Shown: positions 25,963-38,330 of the stretch, one piece after another
How positions within the stretch are numbered: the stretch's first letter is position 1
Layout: the number at the start of each line of letters is the position of its first letter
Assembly: GCA_021613535.1 (NCBI GenBank)
Contig: CP075492.1
Location: 19,282,001 to 19,346,000, forward strand
DNA from: Adineta vaga
Lineage: Eukaryota > Animalia > Rotifera
Length of the DNA: 64,000 bases
Reading direction: 5' to 3'
Made by a program: the position numbers and the translations under genes
The notes under the pieces: model-generated
Database searches by the model: none
Told to the model about the DNA's origin: nothing
What the model saw: the letters and a program-made list of their open reading frames with translations, nothing else

Positions 25963-26920
25963 TTGAATGTTTTCTTGGTAAACTCATCGACATCCTCAAT
26001 ATAAAAATACAAATGTCTGATTTATTTTTCGAAAAAATATTCAATCACAATGGTTAATATTCATAGTGTATATTTTTGAGTATACGAACGAACGTGTTGA
26101 TCGTATTTATTGCGATCATGGAGATAAAGTCGAGCCGCTTCTTTGTTACCGACCATTGACACATTGGTATCAGGTGAAGAAAGAAGCGATTGAATTGATA
26201 AAAAGGTTTTTTCGATCGTATACACTGGAGTCCATCCATCGTAGAGTATATTCAAATAAATTGCTCCATCTTCACGAATATTCGGATGAAAAATTCTTGT
26301 TAAAAATTTTATTTTGGGTGGTTTGAAAGGATACTCAGTGGCAAATTGTACATCGAGCAAATACATACCATTTTCGAAGGGACTATCAACTGGACCACGT
26401 ATGGTTGCTTGATAGTGATCCGGATCGTCAGCATTTATCAGAGTTATAGAAAATTTTGTTGTTTCAGCATTTTTTTCTAACGAAAGGATTTGTTTGTCAA
26501 GCACTTTCTGTCTAGTAGTCATTTTATCTATAGAAGAAAATATAATCGTTAATAATCAAGTCTAATAATTGAACAATGTCACAATAATCTCTTTATATAA
26601 ATTTTTATCATTTCTGCTTTCATAATATCGACTAATATTTGAAAAAAATCAAATTGGAATTTTCTGAATGACGCACTCGTCAAAGCTTCGCAGCTACATT
26701 GCACCATCTACTCACAATATCATTCACCTGTTGAATCGCACATAGCAAAAGTTATATTTACTTAGTAGCGTCCACGTGCATAACGTTCGTTCGTTCGTTC
26801 GTTCTTCCGTTTTTTTTTGTAGTGATGGAGAAATATAACAGAATTATTCTTGTGATTATTTATATCATATAGAAAACTTTTGCCGTTTGAGAAATTCTTT
26901 AGTCTGAACAAAATCTAGAT
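25963..26920. repeat. Copy 1 of a direct duplication of about 0.95 kb (copy 2 at 44709-45651)
   Basis: Continuous high similarity from ttgaatgttttc to aaaatctagat. Confidence 0.95.
26061..26522 (-). CDS. Ubiquitin-conjugating enzyme E2 (UBE2D-like) variant lacking the catalytic Cys
   Basis: GPVDSPFENG, EYPFKPPKIKFLTRIFHPNI, then GAIYLNIL in place of GxICLDIL. Confidence 0.9.
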   Translation of the reverse strand: MTTRQKVLDKQILSLEKNAETTKFSITLINADDPDHYQATIRGPVDSPFENGMYLLDVQFATEYPFKPPKIKFLTRIFHPNIREDGAIYLNILYDGWTPVYTIEKTFLSIQSLLSSPDTNVSMVGNKEAARLYLHDRNKYDQHVRSYTQKYTL

Positions 26921-26921
26921 G

Positions 26922-26984
26922 ATCTTAAGGGTGGGTTTGAGGTATCTTTATTGCTTTTCTACTTCACCCTAACCCTAAAGATGG
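26922..26984. repeat. GT/CA hairpin element
   Basis: atcttaagggtgggtttgagg...cttcaccctaaccctaaagatgg. Confidence 0.8.
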
Positions 26985-27790
26985 ATGTATATTTCGTATA
27001 GAAAGTGTTGATTTACCTCTTGACAATATTTGGTTAATTAACTTAAAACTTAGTAACGAAGTGAAAAAGGAAATCGATGGTCTGATGTCTTATTTTAAAA
27101 GCCATCTGGGTGCACAATCATCTTTAGTTGAACTCGGTTTGCTTCTGTCAAAAGTTGGTGATTATAAACGAGTGACACATTTTTATCATTTATTATTAGT
27201 TGAACTACCTAATACTCGCCGTGACATAGGTGTTGTTTATAATAATCTTGGAGAAATTTGCCGATAACAAGGCAACTTAGATACAGCTATGCAATATTAT
27301 CAAAAAGATTTGATTGAAATGGCAGATACTGTCGGATTCTCTTCAACTTGGTGTGCTATTGTTCAAAGTAATATAGCGTTGACGTATAGTAAATTTCAAA
27401 ATTTTACTCAAGCACTTATTCATTACCGATGTGCATTGTTTCTCGTTGAACGCAAGAAAGATTGTTACTATTGTATGAAAGAATACAAAAAAATGAACTT
27501 CAACTATTACTATGTAATCATCCATCGATAGCCACAACTTGCGTCAGCATCGGATCTTTATACTTTATAATGAGCAATTCTTCCGAACTGAATCTATATT
27601 TTCAAGTTCATTGCCGTCTAACTACATTGAATTAATCAATCTATACATAACTATCGGACACGTATATGAAGCACAAAGACAATCATCCGAGCCTATACAT
27701 TTTTATTTGAAAGCTGAACAATTAATTCAACGCTGGTAGAATACATAAGAATTTAGGTGTTGCTTTTGATTATATGGCAGCGCAATGTTG
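26983..27790 (+). pseudogene. 5'-truncated ART-TPR family pseudogene
   Basis: Begins GCIFRIESV..IWLINLKL (end of the ART domain, compare VFRIEQV in 60207-61973); TPR motifs YNNLGEI with in-frame stops. Confidence 0.75.
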
Positions 27791-28021
27791 TTATTCAAAA
27801 TGTTCCGATGCTGATAGAAACAAATAACTCTCAAGATCTTGAAAATATCGTCGCTTCAATTTCTGAATATAGATTTTTTTTCATTCGTTCATTTATATCC
27901 TCGATAAAATACTAACTTTTCTTCGGTTAATAGAAAAAAATGAAAGAAAACAATAAATATGAATATAATGATATGAAGTTCTTTTATGTTCGCAAAAAAA
28001 TACATAAAAAGTATTTTCGAG

Positions 28022-28089
28022 GATAAGAGCGTGAGGATTTTCTCTTCCTTTTACATCCTCACATACACACACACACACACACCCTCATC
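28022..28089. repeat. GT/CA hairpin element with (CA)n expansion
   Basis: gataagagcgtgaggat...atcctcacatacacacacacacacacaccctcatc. Confidence 0.7.
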
Positions 28090-28379
28090 TAAATAAGTAA
28101 CTTCATTAAGTCGAATAAACAGTACTATGGAAAGTATGTTTTAATCTATATTGTGAAACAGCACATAAATTATCATGTTATTTTTCTCTTGTCACATGGT
28201 GAGTCGCCGACTGCTAGTAAAACATTTTCTTTTTTCATTCCTCCTCGTTGTAATTGAGCAATATATGCTATCTGAATCATCTGAATATAACAAAATGTTT
28301 TCTTTCACTTTTCTTGCATTGACGCAAGTCAAACACTATATAAAGGGACAACGTGTACACACACCACATAAACATCGAT

Positions 28380-30986
28380 ATGCTTCGAATCAAAAATAAC
28401 CTTTCAGCATCTGCCGTTCTCACACAACAACAAGCAAATTATGTGCCTTTGAAACGAGTAATTATTGAATCAAAAATCCGTGCATTTGCTGCTGATGTGA
28501 CCATTACACAAATATTTCACAATGACGAAGCAACACCAATCGAAGCGGTCTACTGTTTTCCAATTGAAGAACAAGCAGCAATCTACACATTTAAAGCTCA
28601 AATTGATGATCGAGAAATTAGTGCTCAATTAAAAGAGAAGAAAGAAGCACAACAAGAATATAACAATGCATTACAAGATGGTCATGGAGCCTATCTATTG
28701 GAACAAGATGAAAAATCTCAAGATAATTTTATCATAAATGTTGGCGCTTTACCACCATCAAATGACTGTACAATTACTATTGGTTATATAACAGAACTGA
28801 ATCTTGTTCAAGGATCAACTATTCGATTTGCTGTACCCACAACAATTGCACCACGTTATAATCCTGACAAAGGCGGACTCGCATCGCCAGCCGGTACTAC
28901 ATCTAAATATGTTCAGTCAAGCCCATATACTATTGATTTTCGTTGTCATATTGAAAAGACAATTGGGTCTCGAACAGAACAAATTACTCGAGTTAGTTCA
29001 TCATCACATCCAATTGAAATCGATCTTGTCCAACAAGATGCTTATATTGTAACATTTACACAACAGAATACTCATTTAGATCGAGATATTCTAATTAATA
29101 TTGAACTTTCTAGTCAACGAAATAGTACTATTATGGCTGTAGAATCTGGTGCAATAATGGCTGCTTTCATTCCAACCGAAGAAGAATGTCACCAAGTATC
29201 AAAAAATGATTTAATGAATGAATTTATTTTTGTCGTCGATTGTAGTGGATCAATGCAGGGCGAAAATAAAATTGGATTGGCTCGACAAGCCATGTTACTC
29301 TTCCTCAAAAGTTTACCTGTTGATTGTCATTTCAATATCATTCGATTTGGTTCTCAATACAAAACTCTATTTAATGAGAAGACGGTAGTTTATAACAAAA
29401 CCAATGCACAAGAAGCCGAACAACTTATCAAACGATTGCAAGCAGATCTTGGTGGAACTGAATTAGTAAGTTTAATCTCTTTAACTGTAGTTTCCTCTTA
29501 TATTTATATTTATGTGTAGTTAGAACCTTTGCGATGGATTGAACAACATCCGCCTAGTCAAGGTTGCGCACGTCAAGTATTTCTTTTAACCGATGGTGAA
29601 ATTTCTAATGTGACAGAAGTACTTGAATTATGTCGTTCAATGGTCACATCAACTCGTATATTTTCATTTGGTCTAGGACAATCACCAAGTCGATCATTAG
29701 TCAAAGGTCTCGCTCGTGCAACCAATGGTCGATTTGTTTTTATTCCACCGAATGCCAGTGTTGATGTATACGTTGGAGAACAATTACAAAAAGCACTTCA
29801 ACCATGTATTACCAATGTTCACATTAAATGGAATCTTGGAGTTTCAGTTCAGAGTGCTCCAACTCACTTACCACCAGTCTATACCAACGATCGTCTGATT
29901 GTTTACGCTCTGGTCGACGACAAAACCATTCCTTTTGATCATAATTCATCTGTCGAATTGCTAACTGAGCCTGATCATCGTTCGTTAGGTGTAGCCAAAG
30001 TTGACCATATACCGGCTATTGGTGAGAACGAAACAATCGCTCGTTTGGCAGCGAAAGCACTCATTCTCGAATTACAACACGCTAAATTACCGTCATCGAA
30101 TACGAAAACATTGGAAATCGGTTCGACACAAATACGACTTCAAGAACCGATGGAAACATCATCGGAAGAGATAACTAAACAACGCATTATTGCAATATCA
30201 TTGAAATATAACATTTTGAGTCCTTATACAGCATTTGTCGGAGTCGAAAAACGAATGAATGCAAGTAATACGAACATGGTTCTTCGTGAAGTGCCCATCC
30301 AAATTTCTGCCGACGATCAGCATCTACAAAGGTCCATACAAGGATATGTGGGAACTGGTCGTGGTCGTGGTGGATTAGGACTTGGTATTGGAGGTGCTTG
30401 CCGACATCGCAAGATTTTGCCTGACACCTATGGTAATCGCAATACTAAATCTTCCAATGTGAAATCATCATCATTCAACGCATCCCAACCAATAATATGT
30501 GATAATTCCGAGTATAAACATAAACTTCGGTCAAGCACTCTTGCTAAGCGAATTTCTCAACCGAAAAGTCTCTGCTTGAATGATGCGGATGATCAGGACA
30601 ATGTCTACTCTGACTCCGTGTCCAAGAAGAAGAGGAAAAGGAAAGAAATGTTTAGCGAAAAAGAAATATGGCCATCAAATGATCAGGATATTGTTCGACT
30701 TTTGATCAACAAACAATTATTTGATGGTCTTTGGAATCTTGATTCAGAAGCTATTAAAAATTTAACTGAAAAAACACTTGCTGAATTTACTTGCGGAGAT
30801 AGTCAAATTGATCAACAGGTTCTCGTCTCGATGATTGTCATTGCTGTGCTTGAAGCTCGCTTTGGAACATTAGCAATGATGTGGCATGGTGTCGTCCAAA
30901 AGGCTCGCAAGCGTCTCATCAATTTACTTAAAAAAGACTCAAAATATCTTGAGCAACTACTTCAAAATATTCGTAAACAAATTTAA
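28380..30986 (+). CDS. VWA5A-like protein (VIT + vWA domains), intron 29466-29519
   Basis: VIT motif PIEAVYCFP, MIDAS DCSGSM, ADLGGTEL, FLLTDGE, FSFGLG; the 54-nt GT-AG intron restores the frame; TATA at 28337. Confidence 0.92.
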
Positions 30987-31249
30987 ATTAAACAGTCTTT
31001 TCAGACATTAAGTTTATCCGAGAATCAATAAGACAGAATAAATGTTTTTGAAACTACAAACCTTTTTTGAGAGATTTCCATTCAAATTAGACGGAAGGTT
31101 ATTCGAAATGAGCTGTTAAGAATAATTCTTTAGCTCATATGAATTGCTAAAAAAAATTGTTAGATTATATTATTTCCTGTATTTGAATCGATGAACATGG
31201 ATTAAAACCCATTTTTCTATGAAAAATCGATCAGAATCAAAATTTTTGT

Positions 31250-32110
31250 CTATATTTAATTAATCGATAAAGAAAACAATCTCTTGTATATACCATCGAA
31301 TAGCTGTTTCAGATGTCCATGAATAAGATTTTAATATATATTTCAATATATTGTTTATATAAAATGAAAGTTTTCATTAATTTCTTTTAAAATAAATAAA
31401 GGATTTAAATTCTGATCCATTTAAAGAAAATCTCTTGATAGATTGAATTCATCTTCAATTGTTTCTTTCAAAGTTTGTTCATCAGTACAATTCTTCTTGT
31501 TTTACTTATATTTTCAATTTCTTTGAAAAATAATTCTGAATGATTATATAATTTATAATCAGTATTTGTTTTACTTTTAAACATATCAATGGTAAGTTGA
31601 GTATCAGGTGATATTGAATTCAATGTTTCTTCATCTAACCATATTAAATTATTATCAATATCATTTGTATTTGTAATGAGATCTTCATTTTCTAGTAGAT
31701 AATATTGTTTTTATCCAAAGAAAGGCAAAAAATAGCAAACGATGCATAAAATATAGAATCTTGAAGATCTTTCTAAAAAGTTATGATTATGTTCACATTT
31801 ATTCATCGCTATTGTTAATAAAACAAACAGTTTGTAAATAACAATGTCTTGTTTTAAATGATTTCGATAGTTCATTTTTTTCCATTTCATTTACAATTAA
31901 TTTTCTATCAGTTATGTTTATCATAATCATAATAGATCAATGAAGATCGAAAATGGAAAATTATCGTTTAACAATTAAGAATGTCTTACTATCAGATCAA
32001 AACAAATTTATATGGAAAATATTTCTTTATAAACAGATTAAAATACACAAACATATTCTTATTAGTCCAATTGTTCTCATTTTGATTTCTTTATCTCGTC
32101 TAATAATACT
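31250..32110. pseudogene. Two heavily degraded fragments: ART-family N-terminus (minus, about 31250-31700) and 7TM C-terminal piece (plus, about 31780-32110)
   Basis: NLIWLDE..DTQLTIDMF on minus; HKHILISPIVLILISLSRLII on plus; many stops. Confidence 0.35.
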
Positions 32111-32242
32111 TAACATTAATATAATAAACAAAAACAAGTATTCTATTTTCAATTAATATGAGCGTTATTTATTATTTTTAAAGAATAAGACATTGTATAT
32201 TCGATTGAATTGGTCTGTAAATCATATATAGATGAGATGAAT

Positions 32243-33097
32243 TTATAAATCTATTAGAGGTGTTAATAACGTTGACGAATCTTGTATAAGATTCAGAAAT
32301 TCCTTGGTTAATTGATTATAAATTGTAATATATTTATTTCTGAAATCTATCCATCTGTGTGATTCCATAGCAAGAAGATCTTCATAGAGATAATTTGCTT
32401 TTGTATAATCTGTCAATTGACCAAAACGTTTAATATCAATACCAAAATAGAGTAGTCGAATTGAATGCCAAATCAATTTTTTAGTTTTATAAAAATGATA
32501 GTTTTGTCGAAGTATGGCATGGTTCCAAATAGGATCGTTGGACATTTGATCAATGTTATTTCGAGTCTCACTATCATTATTTTCAGTTGGAAATAATTTT
32601 TCAGTCATATTTTTACAGGCCATAAATAGATGCGATCGTGAATGATTTAACACTGATTCGTGTAACATATGATCATTAACATGAAATTCATCGGAAAATT
32701 TTCTTTTTTCAATCCATTTGAGATGTTCTGGTAGGAAAATACATTCGATAACAAACATTGTATTTGTTGCTATGAGTTTTTGAAAAGTTTCAATACTGAA
32801 CATCCATATCTGTGCATCACGATCACCCAAATCCAAAAAACGAAATTTATCAAATTCATCAGAAAATAATTTTCGAAAATTTGGACTTAGCCAATTACGT
32901 CGAACTATTCCATTTAGACTCTTCCATTTAAATTTTTCATGTGTATCAAATGTATTTGATTGTAATACCATTATAAGATCATAATCACTTTGTCTTTGTT
33001 CACTTGCTGTACCATACGCATGTGAACCAAATAAATAAAGTGCTTTGACGAATTTTTCATCGATTTTCAATTGTTTAAGTAAACTAGTTTTGTTCAT
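32243..33097 (-). CDS. Pol-beta superfamily nucleotidyltransferase with helical C-terminal domain; intronless
   Basis: LYLFGSHAYGT..SDYDLIMV (GS plus DxD motif); C-terminal KKLIWHSIRLL. Confidence 0.85.
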   Translation of the reverse strand: MNKTSLLKQLKIDEKFVKALYLFGSHAYGTASEQRQSDYDLIMVLQSNTFDTHEKFKWKSLNGIVRRNWLSPNFRKLFSDEFDKFRFLDLGDRDAQIWMFSIETFQKLIATNTMFVIECIFLPEHLKWIEKRKFSDEFHVNDHMLHESVLNHSRSHLFMACKNMTEKLFPTENNDSETRNNIDQMSNDPIWNHAILRQNYHFYKTKKLIWHSIRLLYFGIDIKRFGQLTDYTKANYLYEDLLAMESHRWIDFRNKYITIYNQLTKEFLNLIQDSSTLLTPLIDL

Positions 33098-33327
33098 TAT
33101 TTAATATGTCGCCGGATTGAAGGTGAATATATTAACTGTCGATAATTAATGAATTTGTTTTATAGAAAGACTGCGCTGTGTAACAATCTTTTCGAATATT
33201 TTCACAGACTCACCGTTATATTTGATCTATACAGTAAATAAAGATAAAAACATTTTATGACGTTAAATGAAAACGAATCTACAGAGAGACGATAAATGAC
33301 GAAATTTCTTTTTTCTTTCGTTTAGAA

Positions 33328-33412
33328 TGAGGATGAATATATGGGTTTGGTATGAGTGTAGGTGTGAATGTGAATTTGATAGGAAAACGGCATCTACGCT
33401 CACCTTTAAGAT
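33328..33412. repeat. GT/CA hairpin element (degenerate)
   Basis: tgaggatg..gggtttgg..gagtgtaggtgtg...catctacgctcacctttaagat. Confidence 0.55.
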
Positions 33413-33499
33413 TTTATATTTTCATAAAAAGTAATAAAAATCTTCGATAAATTCAAATTATGATATACGAGTCAAAATGATATTACAAACAAGATTTAT

Positions 33500-33985
33500 G
33501 GTAATGCAAAATACATTTAATAATGGAATAAATCTCGCCACATGAGCAGTTGAATTAGAAATTTGTTTGGAACTTTCATTTCCACATGGTTGAATAGTAT
33601 TCAAAAAACATTGCAGTTTGTTGAACAGGTTGGGTTGCTCCGACAAAATCAATAGTCGTAGGCATATCACGAATACATTTTGAATCGCTCCACTCCACAG
33701 GAAAAACATCAGGAAATATCCATGAACAGATTAAATGAATTGGACAATAGTAACCAGCTAAAGCCATGTATAAAGTTCCATGTCCAGTTATAGTGGAATT
33801 CCGTAAAATATTCGAGTCTTTGCAGTCATCGATGCTAATAGTGAGACTTGATCAAGTATTGTTGTTGGATCCAATTCACCCGAGATCATCAACAGTGGCG
33901 AATATGAAGCGAGCTGATCTCTATATTGATCTATCGGATATTTTGGCCATTGAAAACGTATTGAGATAAGATGTTCGCCGTTACC
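33500..33985 (-). pseudogene. C-terminal fragment of an alpha/beta hydrolase (peptidase S33/TAP-like)
   Basis: Manual translation: WPKYPIDQY..SPLLMISGELDPTT..IPL, frameshift, TGHG..CP..DSKCIRDMPTTIDF (catalytic Asp and His motifs). Confidence 0.65.
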
Positions 33986-34002
33986 ATCTTGAGGGTATGT
34001 GG
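33984..34002. repeat. Single arm of the GT/CA element
   Basis: ccatcttgagggtatgtgg. Confidence 0.7.
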
Positions 34003-34480
34003 TTTTTTCTGGATCAGCTGTTCCAATCTTAATTTATGTAATACTTCAACAAATACTTGTGCTAAAGATGAACATATCTCTGTTCATCATCCTAAATGTA
34101 ATTCATAATCTGCTTGTTATCCAGTATCAATGATTGATTCAAGCATTTGTCCACCGCAGTACAAGCAAGATATATTGGAATATTCCACAAATTAGCATTG
34201 AAATATAGATTTTCTTCGATGGTATCCTTTCGAAAAATAATCTTGTATGAAAAGCGATATTACAAAGAAAAGTATAGAAAAAAGCATATATTTGTTCCTT
34301 TGTTTTCTCGTGATAAATCATACCATTCTACTGAAAATATCAAATATGATTTGTTTTATCTTAGCAAATAGCAATGAATACGAGTATCATCAATATAATT
34401 CCAGCTATAACTGAAATTATAGACACAACTGCAATTACAATCATAACTAGAACTACTGGTGAAACTAGGCATAAGTTGTA

Positions 34481-34521
34481 AATTAAGGGTGTGGGTCGAA
34501 AAATTGACTTACACCCAAATT
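34481..34521. repeat. GT/CA hairpin element (short)
   Basis: aattaagggtgtgggtcgaaaaattgacttacacccaaatt. Confidence 0.7.
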
Positions 34522-34855
34522 CTCGTACTTATTCTGATCGTCGCGGTCATTTTCGCGCAATAGATGAACATGTTGTATACATCGGATTAATCATTCGAAG
34601 AAAGAAAAAAATTCTACAACACTATGCGCATTGTTCTCTTTCCATAGCAGAATAGTTTGATGTGTCTCCATTAAGTGCACATAAGTGACTTCTTCCCACA
34701 GAAAGAAACAGAATAAATCGAGAATGACGTATTTCTTCAACTCATAACGGTTGGAATTTTCCAACCATGAGAAAAAACACAACGTGATAACCATATTTAT
34801 ATAAAGTAATGTTATTCATACTTGCATAATCGGTATAACAACTGACTTGAATATC

Positions 34856-36337
34856 ATGAGTGACAGTTTATCGACAAATCAACTTCGGCTTGAAGTACTT
34901 CCTGATGAACTCTTCTTGGAAATTTTTCAATATGTTGATCCTATCGATCTTTATAATATCAAAGGTCTTAACAAACGGATAGATTCTATTATTAAAGCTG
35001 TGAAAGTGAATATTGTGGTTGAAGAGCAAGAATACTATGACCTTGATTATATATCAAGTTTTGCCCCAACACAAATAATTCGTTTAGAAATGTATAGCTC
35101 TACGCCGTCGCTGAATTTGCATGAAATGACCGAGCTTCGTTCACTGACGCTTAATTGTAATTATCTTTGGCAAGAGCAGTCGGAACAGGTAACTTCTACA
35201 ATATAAAGACATTCACTTTGAAGTTTATGTTTTATATGAATCTATTAAGATAGCCAAGATAGTCAAGATCAGTCTGCCTCGTCTAGAAAGACTCGTCATT
35301 GACAATGTAACGCATGATCTACATGAACCGTTATTCGATGCTATCTTTCAAGGTGAACAGTTTCCATCGCTTACAATTTGTCGTCTCAGTTTGACGCATC
35401 ATTATAATTTGAAGTTCAATAAAAAGCAGTTATCATCAACAAACAATACACTTCATTGTCTTATTATTGACAAATGGAATTATTTCAATCTTGATTTTCT
35501 ATTGCATCAACTACCTCATCTACGTCGATTTGAAACAAATTTTGAAGAATCATGCATTTCCATGATTGACTTGGTGACACCTCATTTAGCGATCAAAAAT
35601 TTACGAGTTACACTTAACGACCCATTATATGACTTTGAAAAACTACTTAAATTGACACCTAATCTTGCTCGATTGCGGGTTCGAGGAAACCTTGGGAGAA
35701 ATTCTGTGCTTAACTATTTTCAAAAAGTTGCCGAATTTCTTCCTACTCTTCTTCCTCTTCTTCAATGTTTCGATTGTGAACTTTACTGCTATCCATTCGA
35801 ATCTCGAGAAAGTGAATCCATTATACGGCAACTTCACACATTTTTCAGGAAAATTCGGTGCCTCTCTGGTCGGGGTCGCAATCAATGCCATACAACTGAT
35901 CTTGAATTATATCCCTTCAACAATAAATATGAAGGTGAGTGTCATTATTATAAGTATTAGCGAGAATCTATGTCTATTGTACAGATAACTTTTCTGGAAA
36001 TCTTTAACTTCTAATTCAGTTAGAGCATGCGGACTGTCGATCTTCTGCGCAAAAATAAGCCGTATCATTTCATACTCTTACATCGCACATACATGTTTAC
36101 AGCAATTTCTTTTCTGCACTTACATGATTGCTTAATTTCATCTATTTAGAATCGTCACCACGTTCTTCTTTTATGCAACCAAGTTCAACGCATTACTACT
36201 ACTCGGATGAATCCGATGATGTCAGATACGATCATGATTATGATGAGGATGATGAGGCATGGGTAAGGAATGAGTATGGAAATGGACCAAATATGTATTG
36301 GGATGCTGAATCAGATGAGTGGTGTCCACTACCATAA
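34856..36337 (+). CDS. F-box protein with LRR-like region and acidic tail; multi-exon
   Basis: LEVLPDELFLEIFQYV F-box; LLKLTPNLARLRV; donors at 35189 and 35935. Confidence 0.8.
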
Positions 36338-36531
36338 CTTAATATATGGATAACATTCAGAGAAAAAGAACAGTTAAATGAATCGTTGTTTCATTGACAA
36401 TCTGATAGATCAGTATACACCAACGCGAATTGCGACAGATAACGGGCGACATGTGCCATTTTGGGTCATTGTTTGTAAAAAGTATCGTCGTTTCAACGTG
36501 TTCGACTAAAAATAAGATAGCAGATACATCG

Positions 36532-36766
36532 CAGAGCTAGGACGAAAGTATTTGTACTTGAAAATTTTGTACTTTCCAAGTAAAAAGTATTTAACTTTTA
36601 CGTTAGAAAATAAACTTTGTACTTGGCTACCGAAGTACAAGTACTTTTCGGAAAGTACAAGTACAATACTTTATACCTAGATATTCGTACTTTTCCAAGT
36701 AAAACACAATTTAATACTTGAAAGTACGAGTATTTAAGTATAAAGTATTGTACTTGTACTTTCCAA
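36532..36766. mobile_element. Truncated MITE-like element rich in AAGTAC/GTACTT
   Basis: Starts cagagctagg; internal inverted repeat 36650-36700 versus 36716-36764. Confidence 0.55.
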
Positions 36767-37154
36767 TAGAGCCCTGCAGGGTACGGTTAACCTGTCCTGT
36801 CCTACCAGGGTAGGACAGGTCAGGGTAAGGTTACGAAAATTTGTACAGGGTAGGTTGCAGGGTATGAATGTCGTAACTTGTCAACCTGGAAAGGATATTG
36901 AATACTGTATGCTGATGACATCTTTGAGAAAATATTAAAAGAATAGATAATAAGTAGTCCATAAATAAGTTCGATTGGTCACAAATATTCAGTCAGAAAT
37001 GAAAACGGTATTATTTATTGGGTGTGGGTGAGGATGTCAGTCTGGATGTGAATAATTAGGCAATACTCACATCCACACCTAGACCCGCACCCACAATCTC
37101 AAAAGGGCAGGGCAGGATAGAGGTTATGAAAATGTTGTACCCTGCAGACCTCTA
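36767..37154. mobile_element. MITE with 18-bp terminal inverted repeats
   Basis: tagagccctgcagggtac ... gtaccctgcagacctcta; subterminal cagggt repeats; no TSD visible. Confidence 0.7.
37018..37102. repeat. GT/CA hairpin element nested in the MITE
   Basis: ttgggtgtgggtgagg..tctggatgtgaata...tactcacatccacacctagacccgcacccac. Confidence 0.8.
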
Positions 37155-37568
37155 ACCACAAGGAAAACAACAATGACAAAAAAACCCTTGAACAAAATGA
37201 AAAACCGATGATTTTATCTATTGTAATGGGCTTCTTTACTCATAAATAAATTAATGACATATAAAAAATACTAGTTTTGTAGAGCAGATTTTGCTCTATC
37301 GATTGGTATAAGATGATAATAGTTTTGGTCAAAATTTTATGATGAAAAAGTCCGCAAACAAATGTACTCAAAAGTTCATGGTTTTTGACATATTGATAAC
37401 AAGGGCTAGAATGTTTCGATTATCAAAGTATTAGAAGACTTTGTTCAAAGGTCATAAAAATTTGGATTTCTAAGTAACTGAGATGTCATAGAACCTCTCT
37501 TAATTGCAATGGACACACTTTCATGATCGATTCATACGAAAAATCGAGATGTAATTTTTATTTCAATG

Positions 37569-38330
37569 TTATTCATTACATATTAATCGTGGTAAAAGTG
37601 ATGGATTAGTTTCAGATTCTAAACATTTAATATATAGATTTAATATGTTGGTTATATTTGAACGAAGATATAATGTTGCTTCTTTTAAAGCTTCGCGTCG
37701 AGCACCTTTTGGTAAAAGTGTGTAGATCGGTTGTAATCGATATGTTATTGCAGTTGGATTACTTTTAATTGTTGGAAGCCAATTATAAGCAGTTAGTGGA
37801 GATATTGAAGGAAAGCCACCAATAATTTTAAAATATGATAACGAATTTTTTTCATATTGTTCGTCAACAGTTTTATGATAAGTTTCAGTTAATTCTTTGG
37901 TTGAATAGAAAAACCAATAACGTTTAGAAATTTCTCGACGAATCCATTTTTCCGTCATTTTTTTAATCAAACATGTTTCAAAATAATCTTCCGCCCATAA
38001 CATTCCTCCTATATCCGCTTGAACAACAACATAAGTACCATATGTATCAAAGAAGATACGAAATTTCTCGAAATTATTTGTATTAAGATCAAATGTTAAA
38101 GGTAAATATTCAATAGCTAAAGTAGCAGTTCGACGAAGTTTTGGTAATGGAAATGTAACTGCAGCTAATGTAAACCAAATAACTTGTTGTTTGGTCCAAG
38201 CCATTTTATATTTATGTTGATAAAATCTTTCATATGTAAATTTCATTTCTTTTTCATCACTCGTTGCTCCAAATCCAAAAAAACCATCAGAATCTTGTTG
38301 ATTAAATACAAATGATTGGTGAAGTACTGA
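37569..38330 (-). pseudogene. MACPF (perforin-like) domain gene, apparently lacking its 5' part
   Basis: FFDTYGTYVVVQADIGG signature, IIGG, WLPTIKSNPTAITYRLQPIYTLL; frame breaks upstream near 38345. Confidence 0.7.

Noticed and set aside
30354-30425. A true histone H4 gene or pseudogene
   Set aside because: No histone-fold sequence follows; only the 24-residue tail is present, in frame within another protein
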